Assembly: GCA_910584035.1 (NCBI GenBank)
Contig: CAJTZR010000001.1
Coordinates: forward strand, 1,576 to 65,575
From: an uncultured Christensenella sp.
Lineage (GTDB): Bacteria; Bacillota; Clostridia; Christensenellales; UBA3700
Direction: 5' to 3'
Length of the DNA: 64,000 nt
Shown one piece after another: positions 27,491-36,859 of this stretch (its first letter is position 1; every line of letters begins with the position of its first letter). The translations under genes and the position numbers were made by a program. Below the pieces are notes generated by a model. That model made no database searches. It saw nothing but the letters and a program-made list of their open reading frames with translations, and was not told the origin of the DNA.

Positions 27491-27690
27491 GTTAATTTTT
27501 GCGAATATAACTTAAAGCTAATGCTTTTTATGATAAATCAATAAAGTAAAATTCAAATTAAAATCACTAAAATAATTATTTTAGTGTATATTTATGGGCA
27601 ATCAATTTACTATACTCACATACTTTTATTCAAAAATTCACTATAACTTTTTAGTGAGGGTATATGGATAGCTTACGATAATTTTAATTA
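27491..27690 (+). repeat. Intergenic repeat family, copy 3a (decayed, in tandem with 3b)
   Basis: AAAGCTAATGCTTTTTATGATAAATCAA aligns with copy 2 AAAGCTAACACTTTTTATGAATAAATCAA. The hairpin is reduced to CACT-ATAACTTTTT-AGTG. The tail GTATATGGATAGCTTACGATAATTTTAATTA (27660-27690) is near-identical to the 3b tail. Confidence 0.55.
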
Positions 27691-27870
27691 TGAGGTTTTA
27701 ATTTGAGAGAACTCAAATTAAACCAAAGCTACGCTTTTACTTGATAAATCAAGCAGACATTATTTGACTTAACAATTGCTGATGTCAAATGACACTATGT
27801 GTCGCTATCGTAATCCCCACAAAATAACTTTTTTGTGGGGTAAATGTACAGCTTCCGATAATTTTAATTA
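27691..27870 (+). repeat. Intergenic repeat family, copy 3b (full length; last 3 nt are the complement of the transketolase stop codon)
   Basis: 5' hairpin at 27700-27719, 3' hairpin at 27815-27840, tail GTAAATGTACAGCTTCCGATAATTTTAATTA at 27840-27870. The first ~75 nt are nearly identical to copy 2. Confidence 0.85.
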
Positions 27871-28818
27871 TTTTTTCTTGCTAAAAGCCTCTTTTGCCTT
27901 ATCAATGATATCTTGTTCAGTTAAGTGCATTACCTCTGCAAGATAAGCTTCTTTACCAACTTCGCCGTATCTGTCACCAATACCAACTCTTGACATAGGA
28001 ATTAGTACATTGTTTTCCAAAAGTAGGGAAGCTACTTCAGAACCTAAACCGCCAATCAAGTGATGATTTTCGCAAGTTACTACAGCACCAGTTTCACGAC
28101 AAGCTTTTAAAATAGTAGCAGTGTCAAGTGGTTTGTAAGTATGCAAAGCAATAACTTTTGCGTCAATGCCCTCAGCCTTAAGTCGCATTGCAGCAGTTAC
28201 TGCACGATGTACCATAATACCACAAGCAATAATTGTAATATCACCGCCGTCAACGATAACGTTTGCTTTAAATAAATCAATTTTAGAGTTGCTAGAGTAA
28301 ATAGCAGGTGTCTTTTTCCTTTGTAATCTAATATACATTGGCTTATCGCACTTTAGTATTTGAGGGAATAATTTATCTAGGCAAACACAATCGCAAGGCT
28401 CAACAACTACCATATCTGGAACTTGTGTCATCAATGCAACGTCCTCAAAACTCATATGAGTACCGCCATTAATTTGTGCCATAATACCAGGGTCAGTACC
28501 TACAATTTTAACATTTTGTTTTGTGTAACCAACGCTTACTGCGATTTGGTCGTAACATCTTCTTGTAGCAAAAGGGCTGAAAGAAGAGCAGAATGGCACT
28601 TTGCCACAGCTTGCAAGACCAGCAGCTACGCCAATCATATTACTTTCCGCAATACCGCAGTTGATAAAACGTCTTGGGTAAGCATCTTTAAATTTGCCAG
28701 TACCTATGCAGTTCATAAGGTCTGCCTCAAGTACAACTATTCTTCTGTCAAATTTAGAGTATTTAATCAAATTGTCAACATAAACTTGACGCATTTCTTT
28801 ATTATGTAAATCGCTCAT
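27868..28818 (-). CDS. Transketolase, C-terminal (pyrimidine-binding) subunit
   Basis: FINCGIAESNMIGVAAGLA and the GGLGS region. The start at 28818 gives an ATGA overlap with the upstream subunit and has RBS GGGGAGGT. Confidence 0.9.
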   Translation of the reverse strand: MSDLHNKEMRQVYVDNLIKYSKFDRRIVVLEADLMNCIGTGKFKDAYPRRFINCGIAESNMIGVAAGLASCGKVPFCSSFSPFATRRCYDQIAVSVGYTKQNVKIVGTDPGIMAQINGGTHMSFEDVALMTQVPDMVVVEPCDCVCLDKLFPQILKCDKPMYIRLQRKKTPAIYSSNSKIDLFKANVIVDGGDITIIACGIMVHRAVTAAMRLKAEGIDAKVIALHTYKPLDTATILKACRETGAVVTCENHHLIGGLGSEVASLLLENNVLIPMSRVGIGDRYGEVGKEAYLAEVMHLTEQDIIDKAKEAFSKKK

Positions 28819-29636
28819 TTTAATACCTCCCCAGTACATTCATTGGCAAGCATTTCAGCAGTAAAGCTAACACTATGTGATTTGTAGTGTCCTTCACAAC
28901 ATTTAACGCCTTTACCTTTGATAGTGTTAAGGACAATAGCGGTTGGTGTCCTAGATGCACGACATTTTGTAACAACCTCAACTATTTTCTCAATGTCGTG
29001 ACCATCAATAGAATATACTTTGTAACCAAATGCACGTAGTTTAGATTCAAAAGGCTCAACCTTACATACATCTTCAGTCATACCATCAATTTGCATTCTG
29101 TTATTATCAATAATTGCAGTAAAGTTAGATAAATGTCTAGATGAGGCAAGCATAAGTGCTTCCCAAACTTGACCTTCTTGGCTTTCACCATCGCCAACAA
29201 TTGCAAAAGTGTGGTAATTTTTCTTATCAATTCTTCCAGCAATAGCCATACCTACAGCGGCAGAAATTCCTTGACCTAATGAACCTGCTGTAAAATCTAC
29301 ACCAGTTACTTTTAACATATCTGCGTGTGATGGAAGAGTTGTGCCGTTTTGGTTTAATGTAAGCAATAAGCTTTTGTCAAAATATCCTCTTGCTGCAAGG
29401 GTAGCATATAAACCTGGTGCAGCGTGACCTTTAGATAGCACAATTCTATCTCTGTTTGGATTTTTTGGGTCTTCTGGGTCAATGTTAGTGCTATGAAAAT
29501 ATAACACAGTAAGCAACTCAATTATGCTTGATGAGCCACCAATATGACCAACACCAAAATTAGCAATACACTCAATGCACATTTTACGAATTAAATCTGC
29601 TGTTTCGTATAGTTTTTCGATAGTGTTTTGTTCCAT
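28815..29636 (-). CDS. Transketolase, N-terminal (TPP-binding) subunit
   Basis: 273 aa. GHIGGSSS, SKGHAAPGLYA and the GDGESQEGQVWEA TPP motif. Confidence 0.9.
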   Translation of the reverse strand: MEQNTIEKLYETADLIRKMCIECIANFGVGHIGGSSSIIELLTVLYFHSTNIDPEDPKNPNRDRIVLSKGHAAPGLYATLAARGYFDKSLLLTLNQNGTTLPSHADMLKVTGVDFTAGSLGQGISAAVGMAIAGRIDKKNYHTFAIVGDGESQEGQVWEALMLASSRHLSNFTAIIDNNRMQIDGMTEDVCKVEPFESKLRAFGYKVYSIDGHDIEKIVEVVTKCRASRTPTAIVLNTIKGKGVKCCEGHYKSHSVSFTAEMLANECTGEVLK

Positions 29637-29963
29637 TTTTAACTCCTAAAAAAAATAAAGCTATAAGAAGTAAATTTTTACTTTTGCTAAAACTTGTATT
29701 GCTAGTGCAATAAACTTGGTAAAACAAGTACTTCCGTTTATAACTTCCATTGCTCAAAATTGTGATTTTTACACATTTTGTGACAACTTTTGGTAATGTA
29801 TTTGCAAATTGCAACTTTACTTACTTATTATAATATAAAAATATTTTTATATCAAGTTATTTTGATAGTATTTTACAAAAAAGATAAATTTTTTAAAAGT
29901 CACATAAGTCAGCTTTGAATAATTTGGTAAATTTTCCTTATACTAAAGGAAAGGAGGGTATAC

Positions 29964-30884
29964 GTGGCAAAGAATAATGGTAATAAATTTATTTTTCTTT
30001 TAATCATATGTGTGTTGGCTGTGGCTATTATCCTTATTATGGGTGGCGGCAAAAGTGGTGAAACCTCAAAAGCAAAAAGCTTGGTGGGGATAACAACTGA
30101 TAATGTAAGCGAAGATAATTCCCAAATGGTAAATGCTAGTGAAAATTCAATTGAACTTTTATGTCTAATGTACCATAATGTCGTTGCAGACAATCAAAAA
30201 CAAGGCGATTATGAAATACGTGTATCTGCTTTGGAAAGAGATTTTAAAGAACTAACAAGTATGGGGTACAAATGTGTTGATAGTAAGGAATTGCTCAGCA
30301 TTGTAGATAACAAAAAATATGGCAAATATGTAATGATTACTTTTGATGACGGCTTTTATGGTGTGTATAAGCATTTGCCTAGTTTACTGGAAAAATACAA
30401 TATGAAAGCAGTTGTCTCTGTTGTTGGTGAGTATATTGACTGGCAAGATAAGCAAAATTACAAATCAAGATGTAGTTATATGAATACTTTGGAGGTAAAA
30501 GAACTTTCCAAAAATAAACGAGTGGAAATTGCCTATCACTCATATGAATTGCATCATATCAATGGCAGACGTGGTGTAAAAATTAAAAAAGGTGAGAATG
30601 CTTCTGAATACACTACAATGTTTACCAATGATACAAAAAAGTTGAATAGTAAACTTAAAAGTTTGGGGATAAAAAGCAGTGTATATTGTTATCCATATGG
30701 TGAGTTTTGTAAGGAAAGTGAAAAGGTATTAAAAGACCTTAACTTTAATATTACTATGACTTGTGCGGAAAAGGTGAATTATCTATCTAGCAGACAATCT
30801 TTATTTTTAATAGGTAGGATAAATCGTGCCGCAAGTTATCAAAATATAAATAACTTACTTTTAAAGGCTTGCAATATGCATTAA
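29964..30884 (+). CDS. Membrane-anchored polysaccharide deacetylase family protein
   Basis: GTG start with AAGGAGG RBS. N-terminal TM helix. LMYHNV and ITFDDGFYGVY (NodB-type motifs). Confidence 0.75.
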   Translation: MAKNNGNKFIFLLIICVLAVAIILIMGGGKSGETSKAKSLVGITTDNVSEDNSQMVNASENSIELLCLMYHNVVADNQKQGDYEIRVSALERDFKELTSMGYKCVDSKELLSIVDNKKYGKYVMITFDDGFYGVYKHLPSLLEKYNMKAVVSVVGEYIDWQDKQNYKSRCSYMNTLEVKELSKNKRVEIAYHSYELHHINGRRGVKIKKGENASEYTTMFTNDTKKLNSKLKSLGIKSSVYCYPYGEFCKESEKVLKDLNFNITMTCAEKVNYLSSRQSLFLIGRINRAASYQNINNLLLKACNMH

Positions 30885-30903
30885 ATTATGTTATTGTAAG
30901 TAT

Positions 30904-31794
30904 GTGGAAAGAATTTTTGATTATATCGCAGATAGCGATTGCAGTGTTGAAAACTTTTTAAAAAGCAAAGGCTATTCAAGTAGAATTTGCAATTTATTAA
31001 AAAAAGAATTAGGCTTGGTTATGGTTAATAGCAAGCCTGTTTTTGTAGTTGATAAAGTAAGCGTTGGGGATAAAATTCAAGTAAAACTAAAGGAAAACCC
31101 TACGAAAATCGTACCATTTGACTACAAAGTGGATATTTGCTATGAGGATGAGGATATTGCAATTATCAATAAAGGTGCAGACATTGCAGTAATTGCGACA
31201 AATGCTCATTATGGAAAAAGTCTAATGAATGCTTTGGCAAATGTGTGGGGTGATTTTGTCTTTCACCCAGTCAATAGATTGGATAAAGGTACAAGCGGTT
31301 TAATGGTTGTTGCAAAAAATAGCTTAGCACATAGTATTTTGTCAAATAGTATTGCAGAGGATAAGGATAATCAAATTAAAAATGTAAAGAGAGAATATCT
31401 TGCACTTGTGCATAATTACAATAGTATTTTGACGGGAACTGGCGAGATTGTAGCTGATATAGGCATTGCAAACGGCAATAGCCTAGTGCGTGGAGTGGTA
31501 AGTGAGGGTGGCAAGTATGCCAAAACCTACTATCAAGTATTACAAAGTTGCGAGCAATTTAGCTTGGTAAAAATTATACTTGCAACTGGCAGAACTCACC
31601 AAATAAGAGTGCATATGTCACATATAGGACATCCACTTTTAGGCGATGACCTATACGGCGGTGATAAAAATCTAATATCACGCCCCGCCTTACATAGTGC
31701 AAAAATTTCGTTTACACACCCCATAACAAATACCCTAATCGTACAAACCGCCCCAATCCCCACCGATATGCAAGAGATTTTGGAGAAGTTTTAG
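30904..31794 (+). CDS. RluA-family pseudouridine synthase
   Basis: 296 aa. HRLDKGTSGLMVVAKN (catalytic Asp motif) and GRTHQIRVHM. S4-like N-terminus. Confidence 0.85.
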   Translation: MERIFDYIADSDCSVENFLKSKGYSSRICNLLKKELGLVMVNSKPVFVVDKVSVGDKIQVKLKENPTKIVPFDYKVDICYEDEDIAIINKGADIAVIATNAHYGKSLMNALANVWGDFVFHPVNRLDKGTSGLMVVAKNSLAHSILSNSIAEDKDNQIKNVKREYLALVHNYNSILTGTGEIVADIGIANGNSLVRGVVSEGGKYAKTYYQVLQSCEQFSLVKIILATGRTHQIRVHMSHIGHPLLGDDLYGGDKNLISRPALHSAKISFTHPITNTLIVQTAPIPTDMQEILEKF

Positions 31795-32177
31795 GTAATA
31801 TCACAACATTGATTGTACACAATATCATAAATTCGCTTATATGTCAATAATATTTGATATATAAATTTTATAAAGTTATTAAATATAATTTGAAGATTTT
31901 AATATTTTGGTTGATGAAGTTATAAAGCTTAAATCGCAAAAGTATTATAGCATTAAAATAAATAAAATAGTCTTATATTATAATAATATGTTTAGGCGAT
32001 TTTATATTAAATTAAAATAACAAATTAAAAATTTATTAAATGCAACTTTTACAAAAGCTTAGTAAAATTAGTTGCATTTAATTTTTATTTGTTGCATAAT
32101 TGGAATAATATCGCTGTATAATTATATATTGCAGAGTTTTGAAAATGTAAATTTTTTAAATATTTTCTCATAAAAAG

Positions 32178-32228
32178 TTGACAATTTTTGGGAATAATGT
32201 TAGAATACTAACAGTTAGTTTGCTAACA
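32178..32228 (+). promoter_or_regulatory. marR-ABC operon promoter (TTGACA-17-TAGAAT) with a palindromic operator candidate
   Basis: TTGACA at 32178-32183 and TAGAAT at 32201-32206. ACTAACAGTTAGT palindrome at 32207-32219, plus an extra half-site TGCTAACA at 32221-32228. Confidence 0.6.
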
Positions 32229-32249
32229 ATTTATTTTTACGGAGTTGCT

Positions 32250-32714
32250 ATGAGAGAATATTTTAAAGATGATATTATGGTAATATTTAATTTGATTGGA
32301 CACAGAATCAATGATTCTGAAAAGTTGCGTTTAATAGGTGAGGAGTTATCTCATAGGAAAGCTGCGGTAATTGGTATAGTTGATGAGTTTGGTGATAAAC
32401 CAGTTTATCAAAAGGATATTGGTAGAATTTTGAGAATTAGGCGTTCAACTGCAACTAGTATGTTGCAAGATATGGAAAAGGAAGGCTTAATCATAAGACA
32501 AACTGTAGGTGACGATTTAAGGTTAAAGCAAATTGTGCTTACAGAGAAAGCTATGGATTATGCTAAAATCTTAAAAGAAGAGTTTAGAATGATTGAGAAT
32601 TTAATCGTAAAAGATTTTAGCGAAGAGGAAAAGGCTCAGCTTAAGAGCTTTTTTGAAAGAATTAAAAATAATTTGATTGTAGATAGGAGGCATAAATGTT
32701 CAAAGAATTGTTAA
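32250..32714 (+). CDS. MarR-family transcriptional regulator
   Basis: The ATG at 32250 follows GGAG. DIGRILRIRRSTATSMLQDMEKEGLIIR is a MarR wHTH. The track start at 32178 coincides with the -35 element. Confidence 0.8.
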   Translation: MREYFKDDIMVIFNLIGHRINDSEKLRLIGEELSHRKAAVIGIVDEFGDKPVYQKDIGRILRIRRSTATSMLQDMEKEGLIIRQTVGDDLRLKQIVLTEKAMDYAKILKEEFRMIENLIVKDFSEEEKAQLKSFFERIKNNLIVDRRHKCSKNC

Positions 32715-34435
32715 AGCACGCCAAAGGCTCGCTCAAATACACATTATTGACACCGTGTCTTGTAGCGGCTGAGGTAATAGTTGAAGTAATGTTGCCGTTT
32801 GTGACGCAAGCATTAATAGACAATGGAATTAATAAAGGAAATATGCGTTATGTAGGCATTGCAAGTGGAATACTGCTAGCTTGTGCATTGCTAGGTATGT
32901 TTTTTGGTATTTTATCTGGTTGGTCTGCAACAAAAGGAAGTACTGGTTTTGCTAAAAATTTAATGGATGATATGTATGCAAATATACAAAACTTTTCATT
33001 CAGCAATATAGATAAATTTTCTACATCAAGCTTGATAACAAGGCTTACTACAGATGTAATGAATGTAAGACAATCATATCAAATGACATCAAGACTTGCA
33101 ATGAGATGTCCAATTATGTTAATTGCATCAGTGATTATGGCATCAATGATTAGTCCAAAAGTTGCACTTATTTATCTAGGCGTTGCACCAGTGCTTGTAA
33201 TTGGTTTGATACTTATTATTAGATTTGCTTTCCCACTATTTGAAAAGGTATTTAAAAGTTACGATAAAATGAACAAAGTAGTGCGTGAGAATGTCAAAGG
33301 TGTAAGAGTAGTTAAATCTTTCAACTCACAAAGCAAAGAGATTGACAAGTTTGAGGAAGCTTCTGGTGATATTTACAAAAACTACAGCAGAGCAGAAAGA
33401 CTACTTGCTTTGAACTCACCATTAATGCAAATAGCTGTGTATGTTTCAATTTTATTGATTTGTTGGTTCTGTGCACAAAACATAGTTGTTGGTAATTTGG
33501 AAATGGGTTCAATTGTTGCACTAATGTCATACACAATGTCAATACTTATGAGCTTAATGATGTTCTCAATGGTATTTGTTATGATAACTATGTCAAAAGC
33601 AAGTGCAGAGCGTATTGTTGAGGTACTTAAGGAAGAGCCAAGCATAACAAATCCTGAAAACCCAGTTTACGAGGTTGAAAGCGGTGATATTGAATTTAAA
33701 AATGTTGGTTTCAGCTATGTAGGCGATAGCAACAAAGAGTGTATGTCAAATATCAATCTATCTATTAAACAAGGTGAAATGATTGGTATTTTAGGCGGTA
33801 CTGGTAGTGGTAAAACTACATTGGTAAGTTTATTGCCAAGGCTATATGATGCAACAAGTGGCGAGGTATTTGTTGGCGGACGTAATGTAAAAGAATATGA
33901 CATTAAGTCTTTGCGAGATAGCGTTAGCGTGGTATTGCAAAAGAATGTATTGTTCAGTGGTAGCTTGCGAGATAATATGAAATGGGGTAACCCAAATGTG
34001 ACTGACGAGCAAATAGCAGAGGCGTTGGAAATTGCTTCAGCTACTGATTTTGTAAACGGGTTCAGTGACGGCTATGACCACTATATTGAGCAAGGCGGTA
34101 GCAACTTATCTGGCGGACAAAAACAAAGATTATGTATTGCAAGAGCTTTGATAAAAGACCCTAAAATTTTGATACTTGACGACTCCACAAGTGCGGTTGA
34201 TACTGCAACAGATAGGAAAATCAAGCAAGGTTTGAGAGAGACAAAAGCGGATACTACTAAGCTTATTATTGCACAAAGAATCACTTCTGTTCAAGACGCT
34301 GACAAGATTATCGTTATTGATAATGGTAAGATAAATGGTGTAGGTACTCACGAAGAGTTACTTGCAAATAACACAATTTATCAAGAGGTGTATTCATCTC
34401 AAATGAAAGGAGGGGCAGACAATGACGAAAACTAA
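32696..34435 (+). CDS. ABC exporter, fused permease/ATPase (heterodimer subunit 1)
   Basis: 579 aa. Six-TM N-terminal domain, Walker [18 protein letters not shown], Walker B ILILDDSTSAVD. Confidence 0.9.
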   Translation: MFKELLKHAKGSLKYTLLTPCLVAAEVIVEVMLPFVTQALIDNGINKGNMRYVGIASGILLACALLGMFFGILSGWSATKGSTGFAKNLMDDMYANIQNFSFSNIDKFSTSSLITRLTTDVMNVRQSYQMTSRLAMRCPIMLIASVIMASMISPKVALIYLGVAPVLVIGLILIIRFAFPLFEKVFKSYDKMNKVVRENVKGVRVVKSFNSQSKEIDKFEEASGDIYKNYSRAERLLALNSPLMQIAVYVSILLICWFCAQNIVVGNLEMGSIVALMSYTMSILMSLMMFSMVFVMITMSKASAERIVEVLKEEPSITNPENPVYEVESGDIEFKNVGFSYVGDSNKECMSNINLSIKQGEMIGILGGTGSGKTTLVSLLPRLYDATSGEVFVGGRNVKEYDIKSLRDSVSVVLQKNVLFSGSLRDNMKWGNPNVTDEQIAEALEIASATDFVNGFSDGYDHYIEQGGSNLSGGQKQRLCIARALIKDPKILILDDSTSAVDTATDRKIKQGLRETKADTTKLIIAQRITSVQDADKIIVIDNGKINGVGTHEELLANNTIYQEVYSSQMKGGADNDEN

Positions 34436-36326
34436 AACCCTTCAAAAATCGGAACTAAAAGACAAAAAAACTAAAAATAAACAGCCAAATACCATTGCTT
34501 TGATATTTAAAACAATATTCAAAAAGTATAGTGCTTTATTTATTGCCGTAATATTAGGTATTATAGTTTCTGCAGTTGCATCTGTATTTGGTACAACATT
34601 TATTAATACTTTGTTAGGTCATATTGAGCCACTTATTGGACAACAAAATCCCGACTTTACAAATGTAATTAGAGCATTGCTTACAATGGCAGGTATTTAT
34701 GGTGCTGGTACACTATGTGCATTGCTTTACAACCAGTTTATGATTATCATTTCCCAAAATACTATGCGTTCAATAAGAAATGATATGTTCATTAAAATGC
34801 AAAAGTTACCAGTTAAGTATTTTGATAGAAAAAATAACGGCGATATAATGAGTTATTTTTCTAACGATACAGATACAATGATGCAACTATTGTCACAAGG
34901 TATACCACAACTAATCAACTTAATGACAACTTTAGCTGCGGTAATTGTTTCAATGTTTATCCTAAGTCCTATTTTGGCGGTTTGTACTATCGTATATGGT
35001 GTATTAATGTTATTTGTTGCACAATTTATTGGTAAAAGGTCGGTTAAATATTTTGCAGGACAACAAAAATCTATCAGTGAAGTAAACAGCTATGTTGAGG
35101 AAATGATTGGCGGTCAAAGAGTTGTAAAAGTATTCAACCACGAGGAAGTTTGTAAACAAGAGTTCGCTCAAATTAACGATAAATGGCGTGACGCAAGTTT
35201 TAGAGCTGTTAAGCTAGCTTGTACAATAATGCCGATTATGAGTGGTATGGGACATTTGCTTTATGTATTGATTGCATTGATTGGTGGTGCATTAGTAATA
35301 GCAAATGTGGCAGGAACAACTCTTGCTGCGGTAGTAACATTTATCCCACTTACTAGGTCATTTGCAATGCCTATTAACCAGTTTGCGGAACAAATCAATA
35401 ACTTTGCAATGGCAACTGCTGGTTCAAGACGTATTTTCCAACTATTGAGCGAGGAAGAAGAGGTTGACAATGGCTATGTTACACTTGTAAAAGTTTGTGA
35501 GGAAAATGGTGAACTTGTTGAGTGTGAGGATGGCGAGTGGGCTTGGAAACACCCTCACGGAGACGGAACTTTAACTTATGCAAAACTTGAGGGTAATGTA
35601 GAGTTAGACCACGTAGACTTTGGATATGTTGAGGATAAATTAGTTTTAAAGGACATTACAATAAATGCAAAATCTGGCGAAAAGATTGCTTTAGTAGGTT
35701 CAACTGGTGCTGGTAAAACAACAATTACAAACCTTATAAATAGATTTTACGATATTGATGACGGAAAAATTAGGTATGACGGAATCAATATAAACAAGAT
35801 TAAGAAAGAGGATTTGAGAAAGTCTTTGGGAATAGTTTTACAAGATGTAAACTTGTTTAGTGGTACTATTGCAGACAATATTCGTTACAGCAGACCAGAT
35901 GCAACTGACGAGGAAGTCGTAAATGCTTGCAAACGTGGTGGGGCACACGAGTTTATTGAAATGCTACCAGAAAAATACAATACTGTTATAGACGGCGATG
36001 GTTCATCACTATCTCAAGGACAAAGACAGCTATTATCTATCAGCCGTGCAATACTTGCGGATACTCCGCTTATGATTTTGGACGAGGCAACAAGTAGTAT
36101 TGATACACGTACAGAGTTACTTGTACAAAAGGGTATGGATAGCTTAATGCAAGGCAGAACTTGTTTTGTAATAGCACACAGACTTTCTACTATTCAAAAC
36201 TCTGACTGCATTATGGTTTTGGAACACGGCGAAATTATCGAGCGTGGCAACCACGATGAGTTAATTGCAAAAGGCGGTAGATATTACGAGCTTTACAATG
36301 GTAAAAAAGCGGAAATTACTGCATAA
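34422..36326 (+). CDS. ABC exporter, fused permease/ATPase (heterodimer subunit 2)
   Basis: 634 aa. Walker A GSTGAGKTT, LSQGQRQ, Walker B LMILDEATSSID. 14-nt overlap with subunit 1. Confidence 0.9.
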   Translation: MTKTKTLQKSELKDKKTKNKQPNTIALIFKTIFKKYSALFIAVILGIIVSAVASVFGTTFINTLLGHIEPLIGQQNPDFTNVIRALLTMAGIYGAGTLCALLYNQFMIIISQNTMRSIRNDMFIKMQKLPVKYFDRKNNGDIMSYFSNDTDTMMQLLSQGIPQLINLMTTLAAVIVSMFILSPILAVCTIVYGVLMLFVAQFIGKRSVKYFAGQQKSISEVNSYVEEMIGGQRVVKVFNHEEVCKQEFAQINDKWRDASFRAVKLACTIMPIMSGMGHLLYVLIALIGGALVIANVAGTTLAAVVTFIPLTRSFAMPINQFAEQINNFAMATAGSRRIFQLLSEEEEVDNGYVTLVKVCEENGELVECEDGEWAWKHPHGDGTLTYAKLEGNVELDHVDFGYVEDKLVLKDITINAKSGEKIALVGSTGAGKTTITNLINRFYDIDDGKIRYDGININKIKKEDLRKSLGIVLQDVNLFSGTIADNIRYSRPDATDEEVVNACKRGGAHEFIEMLPEKYNTVIDGDGSSLSQGQRQLLSISRAILADTPLMILDEATSSIDTRTELLVQKGMDSLMQGRTCFVIAHRLSTIQNSDCIMVLEHGEIIERGNHDELIAKGGRYYELYNGKKAEITA

Positions 36327-36362
36327 AGCATTTTAAAATACAATGTAATGACATAAAACAAC

Positions 36363-36391
36363 AAAAAAGGCGAGCTTTAAGCTTGCCTTTT
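36363..36391 (+). terminator. Rho-independent terminator of the marR-ABC operon
   Basis: AAAAAAGGCGAGC-TTTAA-GCTTGCCTTTT, a 7-bp stem with one G-U pair and a T-run. Confidence 0.65.
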
Positions 36392-36859
36392 AGTGTAAAA
36401 TAACAATGCGGTGGAAGAATTTTATGTTAATAATATTAGTTTTATCCACTATTATTAGTTTTAATGTCTTTATCGGCACTAGTAGTTTTACTATTTATAG
36501 CTTGTTCAACTTCTCTATCATTAGTTTTACTAGCAAAAATGTCTAATTCCTTATTTATGGAATAATCATTATTTTATAAAACAGCTATCTTTTAATTAAT
36601 TTGGATTAATAACAATATAGTTTAGACAAAGAACAATATAATGTATTTAAAAGTATTTAAAAAATTCCGCCCGCTTGGAGTACAAATAGTAATGTGTTTT
36701 TATTAATATTGATATAATTTAATCTCATTATAAATAATACTTGTTGTGGTAAAAAATATGGAAATCAAAGCAAAAATGCATAAAATATTGTATTTTTTGT
36801 AAAAGTGTAGTATAATAGGTAAAAATAATAAATAAAATTACAATCTATAGAGGTGTAAA

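Noticed and set aside
27660-27870. Possible mini-CRISPR: two 31-nt near-identical direct repeats flanking 149 nt
   Set aside because: The 'spacer' is itself homologous to sequence at other loci (copies 2 and 1), and the upstream flank is a decayed copy of the same unit. This is a tandem pair of a longer repeat, not repeat-spacer architecture. No cas genes are in the window.
32178-32249. N-terminal extension of the MarR ORF (track start 32178)
   Set aside because: The TTG start is the first three bases of a TTGACA -35 element with TAGAAT 17 bp downstream. The extension would be translated from promoter/operator DNA. The ATG at 32250 follows GGAG.
36400-36570. Possible small minus-strand gene encoding ...KELDIFASKTNDREVEQAINSKTTSADKDIKTNNSG
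   Set aside because: Tracing the frame upstream reaches a TAA before any ATG, GTG or TTG with an RBS. No start codon means no gene.
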